From Wolbachia endosymbiont of Litomosoides sigmodontis (lineage in GTDB: Bacteria; Pseudomonadota; Alphaproteobacteria; Rickettsiales; Anaplasmataceae), in contig NZ_CP046577.1 in the NCBI RefSeq assembly GCF_013365435.1, positions 180,001-212,000 of the forward strand: DNA of 32,000 nt, given 5' to 3'. A model generated the notes under the pieces. That model saw nothing but the letters and a program-made list of their open reading frames with translations. It was not told where the DNA came from and ran no database searches. Shown here in pieces: positions 10,164-18,862 of the stretch. Made by a program: the position numbers and the translations under genes. Each line of letters begins with the position of its first letter. Within the stretch, counting starts at the first letter, position 1.

Positions 10164-10690
10164 AGACTCTGCTTTATACTTTCAGAGTTATGTATAATAA
10201 TACACTTAAAGTTATGTATAATAACTCTAGAGTTTCTATAGTCTTTCTACTGTCAGCTGCTGTTGCTTTAATTTTTGCGTATGTACTGGAATATTTCTTC
10301 AATATGCTACCATGCAAGTTATGTATATATGAGCGGATAATTTATTATATTGTAGGATTACTTGCTGTGGTGTATATGCTTGAAAACAACAAAATTTTAA
10401 TTTATGCAATGTTTTGCAGCTATCTTATGGGTGTAGTAATATCTTTTTACCATATGGGTCTTGAATTTCACTTATTTTATGATCTTTTAGGCTGTACAGA
10501 GCAAGCAAGTGGTAACGCTAGCGTAGAAGAGTTGAGAGATAATTTGTTAAACATTAATTACTCTCCATCTTGCGACAGACCTCGTTATATTTTAGGTATT
10601 TCTCTAGCAATGTGGAATCTTATTTATCTTATAGTAGCTTTGTTCTTATCAGGTAAAATTTATTGTGAAGAAGAGAAGAGATCTAAATAG
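10160..10690 (+). CDS. dsbB: DsbB-family disulfide bond formation protein
   Basis: Four predicted TM helices. It has the PCKLCIYER motif (CxxC in loop 1) and a second Cys pair in loop 2 (GCTEQ...SPSCDRP). The start is ambiguous: ATGs at 10160, 10190 and 10214. The first overlaps the der stop (ATGA). Confidence 0.7.
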   Translation: MKTLLYTFRVMYNNTLKVMYNNSRVSIVFLLSAAVALIFAYVLEYFFNMLPCKLCIYERIIYYIVGLLAVVYMLENNKILIYAMFCSYLMGVVISFYHMGLEFHLFYDLLGCTEQASGNASVEELRDNLLNINYSPSCDRPRYILGISLAMWNLIYLIVALFLSGKIYCEEEKRSK

Positions 10691-11207
10691 ATTAAGGTAT
10701 AGCAATAGTAAGTTCTTGCACCAAGCAATTAGAGTAAATCATGCTGGAGAATATGGCGCTATTTGTGTTTATTCCGGTCAAAAATTTGTTCTTAAGAAAT
10801 CTTCTATAATCAACAAGATAATTGAAATGGAAGAGCAGGAGAAGAAACATTTTCATTATTTTAATGGTAAAATTAAAGAGCAAAAAGTTCGCCCTACTGT
10901 TTTATTGCCAGTTTGGTATGTGCTAGGATTATCACTTGGTATTATTACTGCAATGATGGGCAAAAAAGCTGCTATGGCTTGCACTGCTGCAGTTGAAGAA
11001 GTGATTGGAGAGCACTACAGAGAACAAATTTCATATTTAGAAGATGAGGAATTAAAAGAAACAATAAGTAGATTTCGTGATGAAGAGCTAGAACACAGAA
11101 ATATTGCAATTGAACAGAATGCCGAAAGTGCGCTTGGATACAATGTTTTGTCTTCATTTATAAAAACAAGCTGCAAAGCTGCTATTTATTTATCTAAGTT
11201 GATTTAG
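10665..11207 (+). CDS. coq7: demethoxyubiquinone hydroxylase (COQ7 family)
   Basis: Contains the RVNHAGEYGA..YSGQ motif and diiron EE-H motifs (EEQEKKH, EELEH). A GTG start at 10665 overlaps the dsbB-like 3' end by 26 nt. An in-frame TTG slightly downstream is an alternative start. Confidence 0.85.
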   Translation: MKKRRDLNRLRYSNSKFLHQAIRVNHAGEYGAICVYSGQKFVLKKSSIINKIIEMEEQEKKHFHYFNGKIKEQKVRPTVLLPVWYVLGLSLGIITAMMGKKAAMACTAAVEEVIGEHYREQISYLEDEELKETISRFRDEELEHRNIAIEQNAESALGYNVLSSFIKTSCKAAIYLSKLI

Positions 11208-11412
11208 ATAGATAAACAAGGGAAAATATGTATAATAAGTTAGCAAGTACTTCTTTTGTCTTTTTTGATTTAGTAAATTTTTTTTAATATTGCAACTAAA
11301 GAAATTTAAGAGCAGCAACCTTATAAAAACGCCAATAAAAATAATTGTCTTTTTTCTAGATTATACAGGAAGTCTATTATATAATGCTTACTCTTAAAGT
11401 AAGGGATAATTT

Positions 11413-11928
11413 ATGGATTTAAGTAAGCTAACTATAGCATTAGATGCAGTAAATGTGGTAATTGAAATAAGTGCAAGTGCTGAGCCTGTAAAGTATGAAT
11501 TTGATAAAGAATTCGGATTATTACGGGTTGACAGGTTTTTATCTACTGCGATGGTCTATCCTTGCAATTATGGATTTGTGCCAAATACCTGTGCTGGTGA
11601 TGGCGATCCCGTGGATGTTCTGGTATTAACTCAATTTCCCTTAGCGTCTGGTGTTTTAATATCGGTGCGTCCGGTAGGTGCTTTGCTTACTAAGGATGAA
11701 AAAGGAAAAGATGAAAAAATATTAGCTGTGCCTATTTCCAGTGTTGATAGCTATTATGATCATATAAAAAACTTTTCTGACTTGCCTAAAAACCTACTGG
11801 ATAAAATTACTCACTTCTTTTCACACTATAAAGATCTAGAGGAAGAGAAGACAGTGGTAATTGGAAAGTGGGTTGATGCAGAAAAAGCGAAAAGAATTGT
11901 TGGGAATGCTATTAAAAGTGGAGATTAA
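11413..11928 (+). CDS. ppa: inorganic pyrophosphatase
   Basis: 171-aa ORF with YPCNYGFVP and GDGDPVDVLV motifs of family I pyrophosphatases. Confidence 0.92.
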   Translation: MDLSKLTIALDAVNVVIEISASAEPVKYEFDKEFGLLRVDRFLSTAMVYPCNYGFVPNTCAGDGDPVDVLVLTQFPLASGVLISVRPVGALLTKDEKGKDEKILAVPISSVDSYYDHIKNFSDLPKNLLDKITHFFSHYKDLEEEKTVVIGKWVDAEKAKRIVGNAIKSGD

Positions 11929-12087
11929 TGCATATTAATTTTAGTTATTGGGTTATAGTAAAATCATGGTTATTAACGGTTTGAAGAATCTATTCTATTC
12001 CTAATATAAGGTGCTACTATTAAAAGGTTAGACAGGTTATGAAGTCTTGGTATTATATAGAGTATTTGTCTTGAAGACTCAAGATTT

Positions 12088-12178
12088 GGAAGGATGGCCG
12101 AGCGGCTGAAGGCGGCGGTTTGCTAAACCGTTATACGATTGAAAAGTCGTATCGAGGGTTCGAATCCCTCTCCTTCCA
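12088..12178 (+). tRNA. tRNA-Ser (anticodon GCU)
   Basis: Manual fold: acceptor GGAAGGA/TCCTTCC, anticodon loop TTGCTAA, a long variable arm (TACGATTGAAAAGTCGTA) and T arm GAGGG-TTCGAAT-CCCTC. Confidence 0.9.
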
Positions 12179-12316
12179 CATGTTATTAGCGTAGTATAAG
12201 ATTTACTGTATCAACCTATTTCTACCTTTTGAGTTTTTTGTGAAGCTGTGGAATTTAAATGGAGTTTTATATTTTTTTGTGGCCCCATATATGCTCCTCT
12301 ATAAAAGTTCTTATAG

Positions 12317-12539
12317 TAATCCTCATTGTTAATGAGTCAAATAAGTGACATTGTTAAGTTATTTAGTGAAGAATGGAAAAATTTATACAAAGCGTTCTCA
12401 AGCAAAGCAATCAATAGAGTTGAGCTCTAGTGAGCATGGGTGATAGTATATAATCTCAATATTTTTAGGTACCTTTAAATTTTTTGACTTATGCCAACTA
12501 GCACAATCTATGCAAGGTGGGCTCTTTGTGTTCTTATAC
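12317..12539 (-). mobile_element. 3' fragment of the IS630-type element
   Basis: The reverse complement aligns with the 3' ends of the other copies (...tagattgtgctag-tggcataagtca-aaaatttaaaggtacctaaaaa...caatgtcacttatttga...), with an internal deletion. Confidence 0.6.
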
Positions 12540-12639
12540 TAATTTTCTACTGTACAGGGGACTATGGTAAGTAATATTGATGAGCCTATTACAATAAAGT
12601 ATTATAGCCTTGTTAGCTGAACATTACTTTAAGTATATG

Positions 12640-13039
12640 AGAATTTTATGAATAATTCTGGGGAAAATATATAGCGTTGAAATTAAAATCATTGTAAAAA
12701 AAAGTCGTAGAACCAGTAAAAGAAATGCTAAAGGAAGTGCAAAATAATGCATATGCACAAAAAACTAAATGCTATGATTTCAACAAAAAAGCACAGTATA
12801 GCAGCCGTAGCAAAAATATGTTGTATTGTTAATTTGAACAAGTTTAGTTTGAATACAAGATAATTCTAATATTACTTTTAAAAAAATAAGAATAAAAATT
12901 CAGGAAAAATTCAACTTGAATGTCAGTAAGTCTACAGTATATCTTAATTGCAAAAAATGAAGTTTTAGTATATCACGCCAAGATAAATTCATAATGAACA
13001 AGATAAAGGTAAGCAGAAGAGTTAAAAAAAACTTAATGA
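12640..13039 (+). mobile_element. 5' half of the IS630-type element (left arm of foldback 2)
   Basis: Aligns with 2900-3389 of copy 1 apart from a ~110-bp deletion. It ends at the same junction as foldback 1. Confidence 0.75.
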
Positions 13040-13957
13040 GGCATTGTTAATGCTAATTCTCATCGGTTATATTGGATCAATAAGTGACAATTGTAGAGTT
13101 GTTTAATTGTGGAGCGAAAAAGAAAAGGTAACAAATTTGTATAAAGCGCTCTCAAGCAAAGCAATTGTATTATAGACTTTATTATACAAAATATTCTGTC
13201 TTATATAACAAAGTCTTTCAATAGGATTAAGCTCTGATAACGATGGTAGCAAGTATATAACCACGATATTTTTTTAGCACAATCTATGCAAAAATGCTTA
13301 TTCAAGAAATATATTCATACAATCAATATTGATATTCAATGCAAGTAAGTTATGATTCACTCTATTTCTAAGATTAACTGCATTGTAGAGATAAAAATTT
13401 TACCACCTAATTTTACTTTAATCTGTGTTTTAACGTTCTTTTTAAATTATACATGTCCAATTTTCGAATGCGTACTAAATCACGATTCATCAAAGATGAA
13501 CAACTCTTGTTTATAGTACTTAGTAATAGTCTCATTAAGTTTTTTTTAACTCTTTTTGCTTACCTTTATCTTATTTATTATGAACTTATCTTGACGTAAT
13601 ATACTAAAACTTCATTTTTGCAATTAAGATGTACTGTAGATTTGCTGACATTTAACCAAATTTTTCCTAAATTTTTATTCTTATTTTTTTAATGGTAATA
13701 TTGGAATTTTCTTGTATTTATACTAAACTTGTTCAAATTAACAATACAACATATTTTTGCTACGGCTGCTATACTGCTGTGCTTTTTTGTTGAAATTATA
13801 GGCATTTAGTTTTTTGCACATATGCATTATTTCGTACTTCCTTTACTAATTTCACAGCATTTTTTATGCAATGATTTTGATTTCAATGCTATTTTACTTA
13901 CTTCAGTAAGGCTTTTTCTATTATTTGTCTGCCTGTTTCTTGTTCATGAAAATTGGT
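13040..13957 (-). mobile_element. near full-length IS630-type relic, inverted (right part of foldback 2)
   Basis: The reverse complement is collinear with copy 1 from the left terminus (accaattttcatg...) to the right terminus (...gagaattagc). There are many stops and no ORF in the track. Confidence 0.75.
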
Positions 13958-14054
13958 ATTAATTGCTCTTTATTTCTTATTCTAATTTTTTACTATAGAT
14001 TAATTATTTGATTATAGTATCAATCTTGATTGAGCCTCTACTTTTAGAATATTT

Positions 14055-14880
14055 ATGAGAAGTGTTTCATACTTTACATTATTGTTAATTGTGTTTGAAT
14101 CACTAAACCTGTTTGCTGTGGAGCAGGTTGAAGAGAAAAAATTGATGTAGATAAATCAGTTGATTCTGTGTATGAAAATGTAGGTGTAAAGAAAGGTCTA
14201 AACAAAATTTGCTAGCTAAAGAAAAAGAGTTGATATAGATGAGTTGGTTAGTTCTGTACATGAAGATATAGGTATGGGGAAAAACCTAAAACAAGATTCA
14301 CTCAAAAATACGATCCAACAAGCAGACAAGCTGAAATCTTCCAAAAAGGAACACAAGATACTAAAATTGAAGGAGCGACCAATAAAAAAATTGCAACACG
14401 GTGAGAGCAAAGCCCATATAATTGAAGAAATTATGAATAGAAATGAGAGAATTGGTAAAGGTTTGCCAGGCCTTGGTAATAACCTCCTTGAAAGAAGTAC
14501 AGATGGGTTTGCTTAATATTTACTGGATGTGGCCAGAGTGAGGAAGTAAAAAGAGATGTAAAAACAGAGTCTTTAAGTGTTCATTTAAATGAAGGTATAA
14601 CTAATCAATAAGTTAATAAAAAGGTTGACGTAGAGGAAAGTGAGCCTTTAAAAAGTAATGTAAATCAATTATTGGAGAAGAAAAAAGAAAATGAGGAAGA
14701 TTAAGTAGGAAAAGAAGAAGTGAAAAAGGTAACTGTGTACTACAATGGAAAAATCGAAGAAAGACCTATCTCTGTAAGAAAGGTGAAGAAAGTAAACAAC
14801 AGGAAAGGAGGAATCTAAAAAAATGGATAAGACTAAGTAGGGAAGCAATAAAGGAATGGTATCATAGAAGAAGCGCACAG
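14055..14880 (+). pseudogene. decayed gene for a Lys/Glu-rich, repeat-containing secreted protein
   Basis: ATG at 14055 opens MRSVSYFTLLLIVFESLNLFAVEQ (signal-peptide-like). The frame breaks at an A6 run (14136-14141). Shifted frames continue the protein and reveal an internal repeat (IDVDKSVDSVYENVGVKKGLNK / VDIDELVSSVHEDIGMGKNLKQ). The track ORF 14244..14516 is one fragment. The 3' limit is uncertain. Confidence 0.4.
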
Positions 14881-15228
14881 AGCAATGAGCATCTTCCGAT
14901 AATCACGTTTATTGATGACTCTGCAGTAAACAGCTTTTTTACTGTATTAACAGAGATATTAGAATTTAGAAGTAAACTTTTAGGTATACTCCTCTAATTT
15001 ATGAATTAAACAATATGAGATAGGTATAATACGCTTTCTCTTGTTACGAGGTGTAATCCTAAGGTAGTTAATAATAATTTTCAATTCTCTATTAATATAG
15101 CAATTGAGAGAGGGCAAGTTGATATAATAAATACAATTGCTGAAATGCACCATATCTTTTAGAATATAAGGAAATAGATAATGATAAAAGTAAAATGTAT
15201 AATTGAGCTGTGAAGACAAAAGAAGATA

Positions 15229-17049
15229 ATGGATTACAGTGCAATGAAGACTGAGCAAATGATTAAATTTTTGATATTAATTTTAGTTGGTTATTCGTGT
15301 TACGGAAATGAAGTAAATGATGTAAAAAATCCAGTTAGTGATTTTTTAGATACTTTGCATAAGATAAAGTATATGTCTTATAGTAAAAAAGACTTTGCTA
15401 AATTTCTAGTGCAGTGCCACAAGGAAGGTACTCAAGAGGATTTTAAAAAAGGTTTTGGCCATAATTTAAATGGAGCGGATTTTAGTAAATTGTACCTCAA
15501 TGGATCTATTTTTAATGGAGTAAGTCTAATTGGTGCTGATTTTTCCCATACTGATTTGTCAGGTGTATCCTTTATTAATTCTGATTTACGTGGGGCTAAT
15601 TTTTCTAATGCTAATTTGCAAGGTATAAAAATAAAAGGTACGAATTTAAGTTTTGCAAAATTTGTTTCTGCAAATTTGACAGATATTATATTTGATCAGT
15701 CTGATATTAGTTGTGCTGAATTTGTCAGCTCTGACCTCAAAAAAGTGAGAATGCACAATATGACTGGTTTGCATGCTAATTTTTTAGATGTGAAAATGAG
15801 TTTTTTCAGCTTATTAGACTCAAATGTGGGCTATGTAAATTTTAGTGACAGTGAAATAAACAATACTATTGTGCAAAGAAGCATTCTTGATAATGCGAAT
15901 TTTTTGGGAGTGGATTCATATAAACTAAAAATACAATTTTCCTCATTGAAAAATGCTAATATATATGGCGCTGAAATAAAAGAATCGGATTTCACAGGTA
16001 GCAATCTTTCTAATGTTTGCCTTAATTCTTCCACTATCATTGACAGCAATTTTAGTAGAGCTAATTTAAGCAAAACTCAAATTTCTTATGTAAATGATGA
16101 TAATTCAAGTTTTGTTCAATCTATGTTGAGTGATTCCAAAGTAAAATATTCATATGTTTCTCAAGTCAGTTTTCAAGACGCTGATTTATTCAATATTGAT
16201 TTTAGTTTTAGCGAACTACATCAAGTTGATGTTTCTGATTCTGACATTCGCTATGGAAAATTTCGTGATACTAGAGTTGCACATTCTAATATGAATGGTT
16301 CGTTTTTTGACCATTCATTATTTACCTTTGCGAAGATAGAAGGTACAGACCTTTCCTCAACTTCGATGTATAAAGTAAAAGTAAGAGACTCTCAAGTTTA
16401 TAATAGTAGACTTTTTTACAATAGCATTGATTCTAGTGAGATAGAAAATTCAACATTTTTTAATTTAATAGCAAGTAATTCAAACTGGTCTACTCTAAAA
16501 GTAACTAGTTCAAATTTTGTTAAAAATAACTTTGAGTCTTCTTTACTTCGTGATAATACCTTTGAGAAAACCAGTTTTTTTCTGAGTAATTTCAGCAATT
16601 CAACGATCAGTGATACGTCTTTTCATTCTTCTAGCATATATAAAGGCTCAGTTATTGATGCTCATCTAGTAAATTGTAAGTTTGATCATTCGATTTTGAT
16701 TGATAATAAAGGGCAAGAGAAACTTGCTGGCTTAGAAAGTGCTATAACTTCAATTGAGAAGTTGCAAGAAAAGATATTGCAAGGTGAAAAGTTTAATGTA
16801 AATTATTCTTACTTTGAGTTTAAGGATATGAATCTAAGAAATGTAGATTTTTCTAATTCGATATTGAGCAGGGCGAAATTTATAAATGTTAATTTAGATA
16901 AAGCGAACCTTGAAAAGTCGGATTTGCGCCATGCTATTTTCAATAATTCTTCTCTTATTGATACTAATTTATCTGGTTCTAATTTAGATCATTCTAGCTT
17001 TTTCAAAGCTGATTTGAAAAGTGCCATATTAGAAAATGTAAAGTCCTAA
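15229..17049 (+). CDS. pentapeptide-repeat protein with N-terminal signal peptide
   Basis: 606-aa ORF. The N-terminus ..MIKFLILILVGYSCYG/NEV looks like a Sec signal, and M1, M6 or M11 are possible starts. From about residue 80 it is almost continuous A(D/N)(L/F)xx pentapeptide units (GADFSHTDLSGVSFINSDLRGANFSNANLQG...). These are interrupted once by a non-repeat linker (..DNKGQEKLAGLESAITSIEKLQEKILQGEKF..). Confidence 0.85.
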   Translation: MDYSAMKTEQMIKFLILILVGYSCYGNEVNDVKNPVSDFLDTLHKIKYMSYSKKDFAKFLVQCHKEGTQEDFKKGFGHNLNGADFSKLYLNGSIFNGVSLIGADFSHTDLSGVSFINSDLRGANFSNANLQGIKIKGTNLSFAKFVSANLTDIIFDQSDISCAEFVSSDLKKVRMHNMTGLHANFLDVKMSFFSLLDSNVGYVNFSDSEINNTIVQRSILDNANFLGVDSYKLKIQFSSLKNANIYGAEIKESDFTGSNLSNVCLNSSTIIDSNFSRANLSKTQISYVNDDNSSFVQSMLSDSKVKYSYVSQVSFQDADLFNIDFSFSELHQVDVSDSDIRYGKFRDTRVAHSNMNGSFFDHSLFTFAKIEGTDLSSTSMYKVKVRDSQVYNSRLFYNSIDSSEIENSTFFNLIASNSNWSTLKVTSSNFVKNNFESSLLRDNTFEKTSFFLSNFSNSTISDTSFHSSSIYKGSVIDAHLVNCKFDHSILIDNKGQEKLAGLESAITSIEKLQEKILQGEKFNVNYSYFEFKDMNLRNVDFSNSILSRAKFINVNLDKANLEKSDLRHAIFNNSSLIDTNLSGSNLDHSSFFKADLKSAILENVKS

Positions 17050-17101
17050 TCAAATGAAGAACTTTGTAGTGTGCTTGTTAACTTGTGCTTAGAAGAGGAA
17101 A

Positions 17102-17689
17102 ATGACTATAGAGAATGAAGGTGTGTTATTGATTTTATCTTCTCCTTCTGGAGCTGGCAAAACTACTATATTAGAGAGATTACTTGGGCGATCAACTAAC
17201 TTAGTTAGATCAGTTTCTATGACTACACGCAAACCTCGTTCCGGTGAAATAAATGGAAAAGATTATTTTTTTGTTGCTAAGAAAGAATTTTATGAGTTGT
17301 GCAAAGCTGGTCAAATGCTTGAGTACGCCAGAGTTTTTGAAAATTTTTATGGCGTGCCAAGAAGCTTTATAGAACAGAACCTGAACAGTGGAATAAGTGT
17401 TTTACTAAGTATAGATTGGCAAGGAGCATTTCATTTATTTGAGGTTATGAGGGAAAAAGTTGTAAGTGTTTTTATACTTCCTCCTTCAATGGAGGAACTT
17501 AGGTTGCGTTTGCAAAAACGTAATAGTGACAGTGCAAGTGAAATAGAACGCAGGTTAGCTGAAGCTCAAAAAGAGGTAAGTAAGTGCGATAAATATGATT
17601 ATGTAGTAATCAATGATGATATTGATAAGAGCGTAGAAGAGATAAGCTCTATATTAGATAAAGAAAGGCTTAAAAGATTGAGGGTTTAG
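17102..17689 (+). CDS. gmk: guanylate kinase
   Basis: 195-aa ORF with the SSPSGAGKTT P-loop and TTRKPR-GE-NG-DYFF motif. Confidence 0.92.
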   Translation: MTIENEGVLLILSSPSGAGKTTILERLLGRSTNLVRSVSMTTRKPRSGEINGKDYFFVAKKEFYELCKAGQMLEYARVFENFYGVPRSFIEQNLNSGISVLLSIDWQGAFHLFEVMREKVVSVFILPPSMEELRLRLQKRNSDSASEIERRLAEAQKEVSKCDKYDYVVINDDIDKSVEEISSILDKERLKRLRV

Positions 17690-17704
17690 ATAATTATATG
17701 ACAG

Positions 17705-18088
17705 TTAGTCATCAATGTTATATACGTTCTTTTCCTTTTCTAATCTCTCTTGCTCTTCAATGCAATACACAGCAAGCGGATTAGCTTTTAGTCTTGCAAC
17801 TCCTATTTCTTCTCCTGTTCTATCACAATAGCCATAGGTACCTAGTTTTATTTTTTCTAACGCCTCCTTGATTTTTTCTTTTTTATCTTTTCTGTGCTTA
17901 ATTAATTTTTCATTTTCACCGTCTTCATCAGTATAGTATACACTATCTTCTAGTTCCTGTTTTTCTAGCTCAGCAAGCATTGATCTTAACTTTGAGTTGA
18001 AGTATTTCAACTGTTTTATGCTCATGTATTCTTCGTCTTCTGAAGGAGTGTAACTTTTTGGTAATTTTATTTTTGGTGACTCTTTCAT
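17705..18088 (-). CDS. dksA: DksA/TraR-family RNA polymerase-binding regulator (two-Cys variant)
   Basis: 127-aa ORF with an acidic coiled-coil region followed by ..GTYGYCDRTGEEIGVARLKANPLAVYCIEE... This is the DksA finger spacing (x2, x17, x2), but the second and fourth Cys are replaced by Thr and Glu. Confidence 0.85.
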   Translation of the reverse strand: MKESPKIKLPKSYTPSEDEEYMSIKQLKYFNSKLRSMLAELEKQELEDSVYYTDEDGENEKLIKHRKDKKEKIKEALEKIKLGTYGYCDRTGEEIGVARLKANPLAVYCIEEQERLEKEKNVYNIDD

Positions 18089-18196
18089 AATTATACTATT
18101 AATTAAGTAGTAAATTGTGTGTAATTTTTTGAGTAAAGAAATTATACTATCTAAAATTAGACATTATAATTTATAATAAATATTTAAAAGACTAGT

Positions 18197-18844
18197 ATGA
18201 TTGTCTCAATAGGAAGATTAGCAATAAATAGTAAAAATTTTGTCTATACAATATGTGTTTTTATTATAATGTTAAGTCTATCTTCATTTGCACTTGAAAG
18301 CAACAGTAAGCAAGAGGTCATGTTAACGTTAATATGGATATGTGTTGCGCTTATCTTGCAAATCTCTACAAGTAATTTATTTATCTCTGATTATCATGAT
18401 GGAATATTGGAGCAAATCTTTATACAGCCATTTTCTTCTAGGGTTATAATTGCTTATAAAATTTTTATTCACTGGTTATTGTTCGGACTGCCAATCTCGG
18501 TAATTTCTTCTATATTTAATCTTGTGGTTCTGGGTAATAACATTGAACATTCAATAGCAATAGGTTTCTCTTTATTACTTAACGCACTGATAATAGTTAA
18601 TATCTCAGCTACTGGAAATGCGTTAATGATTGGTCGAAACGACTTAGCATTAGGAATATCACAAATTCTTGTTTTGCCAACTATAATGCCAACATTTATA
18701 TATTTTAAGTTACTAGTTCATTTTGAAAGTTTATTTTTAAGTATTCATATGTTATTTATTACTGCTTTAATCTTTGCCATTCTAATAGTTAATAGTACTA
18801 TAGCTACTCATATGGCATTGAAATTTGCTGTAGAGCAAGATTAA
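18197..18844 (+). CDS. ccmB: heme exporter protein B (cytochrome c maturation ABC permease)
   Basis: 215-aa polytopic membrane protein with the DGILEQ...P motif and K-F-HW---GLP segment characteristic of CcmB. Confidence 0.8.
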   Translation: MIVSIGRLAINSKNFVYTICVFIIMLSLSSFALESNSKQEVMLTLIWICVALILQISTSNLFISDYHDGILEQIFIQPFSSRVIIAYKIFIHWLLFGLPISVISSIFNLVVLGNNIEHSIAIGFSLLLNALIIVNISATGNALMIGRNDLALGISQILVLPTIMPTFIYFKLLVHFESLFLSIHMLFITALIFAILIVNSTIATHMALKFAVEQD

Positions 18845-18862
18845 AAAGTTTTGCCATTGCTC

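Noticed and set aside
14634-14643. gaggaaagtg, resembling the RNase P RNA conserved GAGGAAAGTCC box.
   Set aside because: Only a partial match inside the Lys/Glu-rich pseudogene (GAG/GAA/AAG-rich coding sequence). None of the flanking RNase P helices can be drawn.
14669-15258. Reverse-strand track ORFs 14669..14878 and 14980..15258, considered as possible small proteins upstream of the pentapeptide gene.
   Set aside because: The first is antisense to the decayed secreted-protein gene. The second overlaps the pentapeptide-repeat gene start and is Tyr/Ile/Leu/Asn-rich low-complexity sequence. No supporting motif.
15229-18088. Pentapeptide-repeat gene, gmk and dksA, considered as a possible functional system.
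   Set aside because: gmk and dksA are ordinary housekeeping genes. dksA is on the opposite strand, so there is no single operon structure. Nothing beyond adjacency links them.
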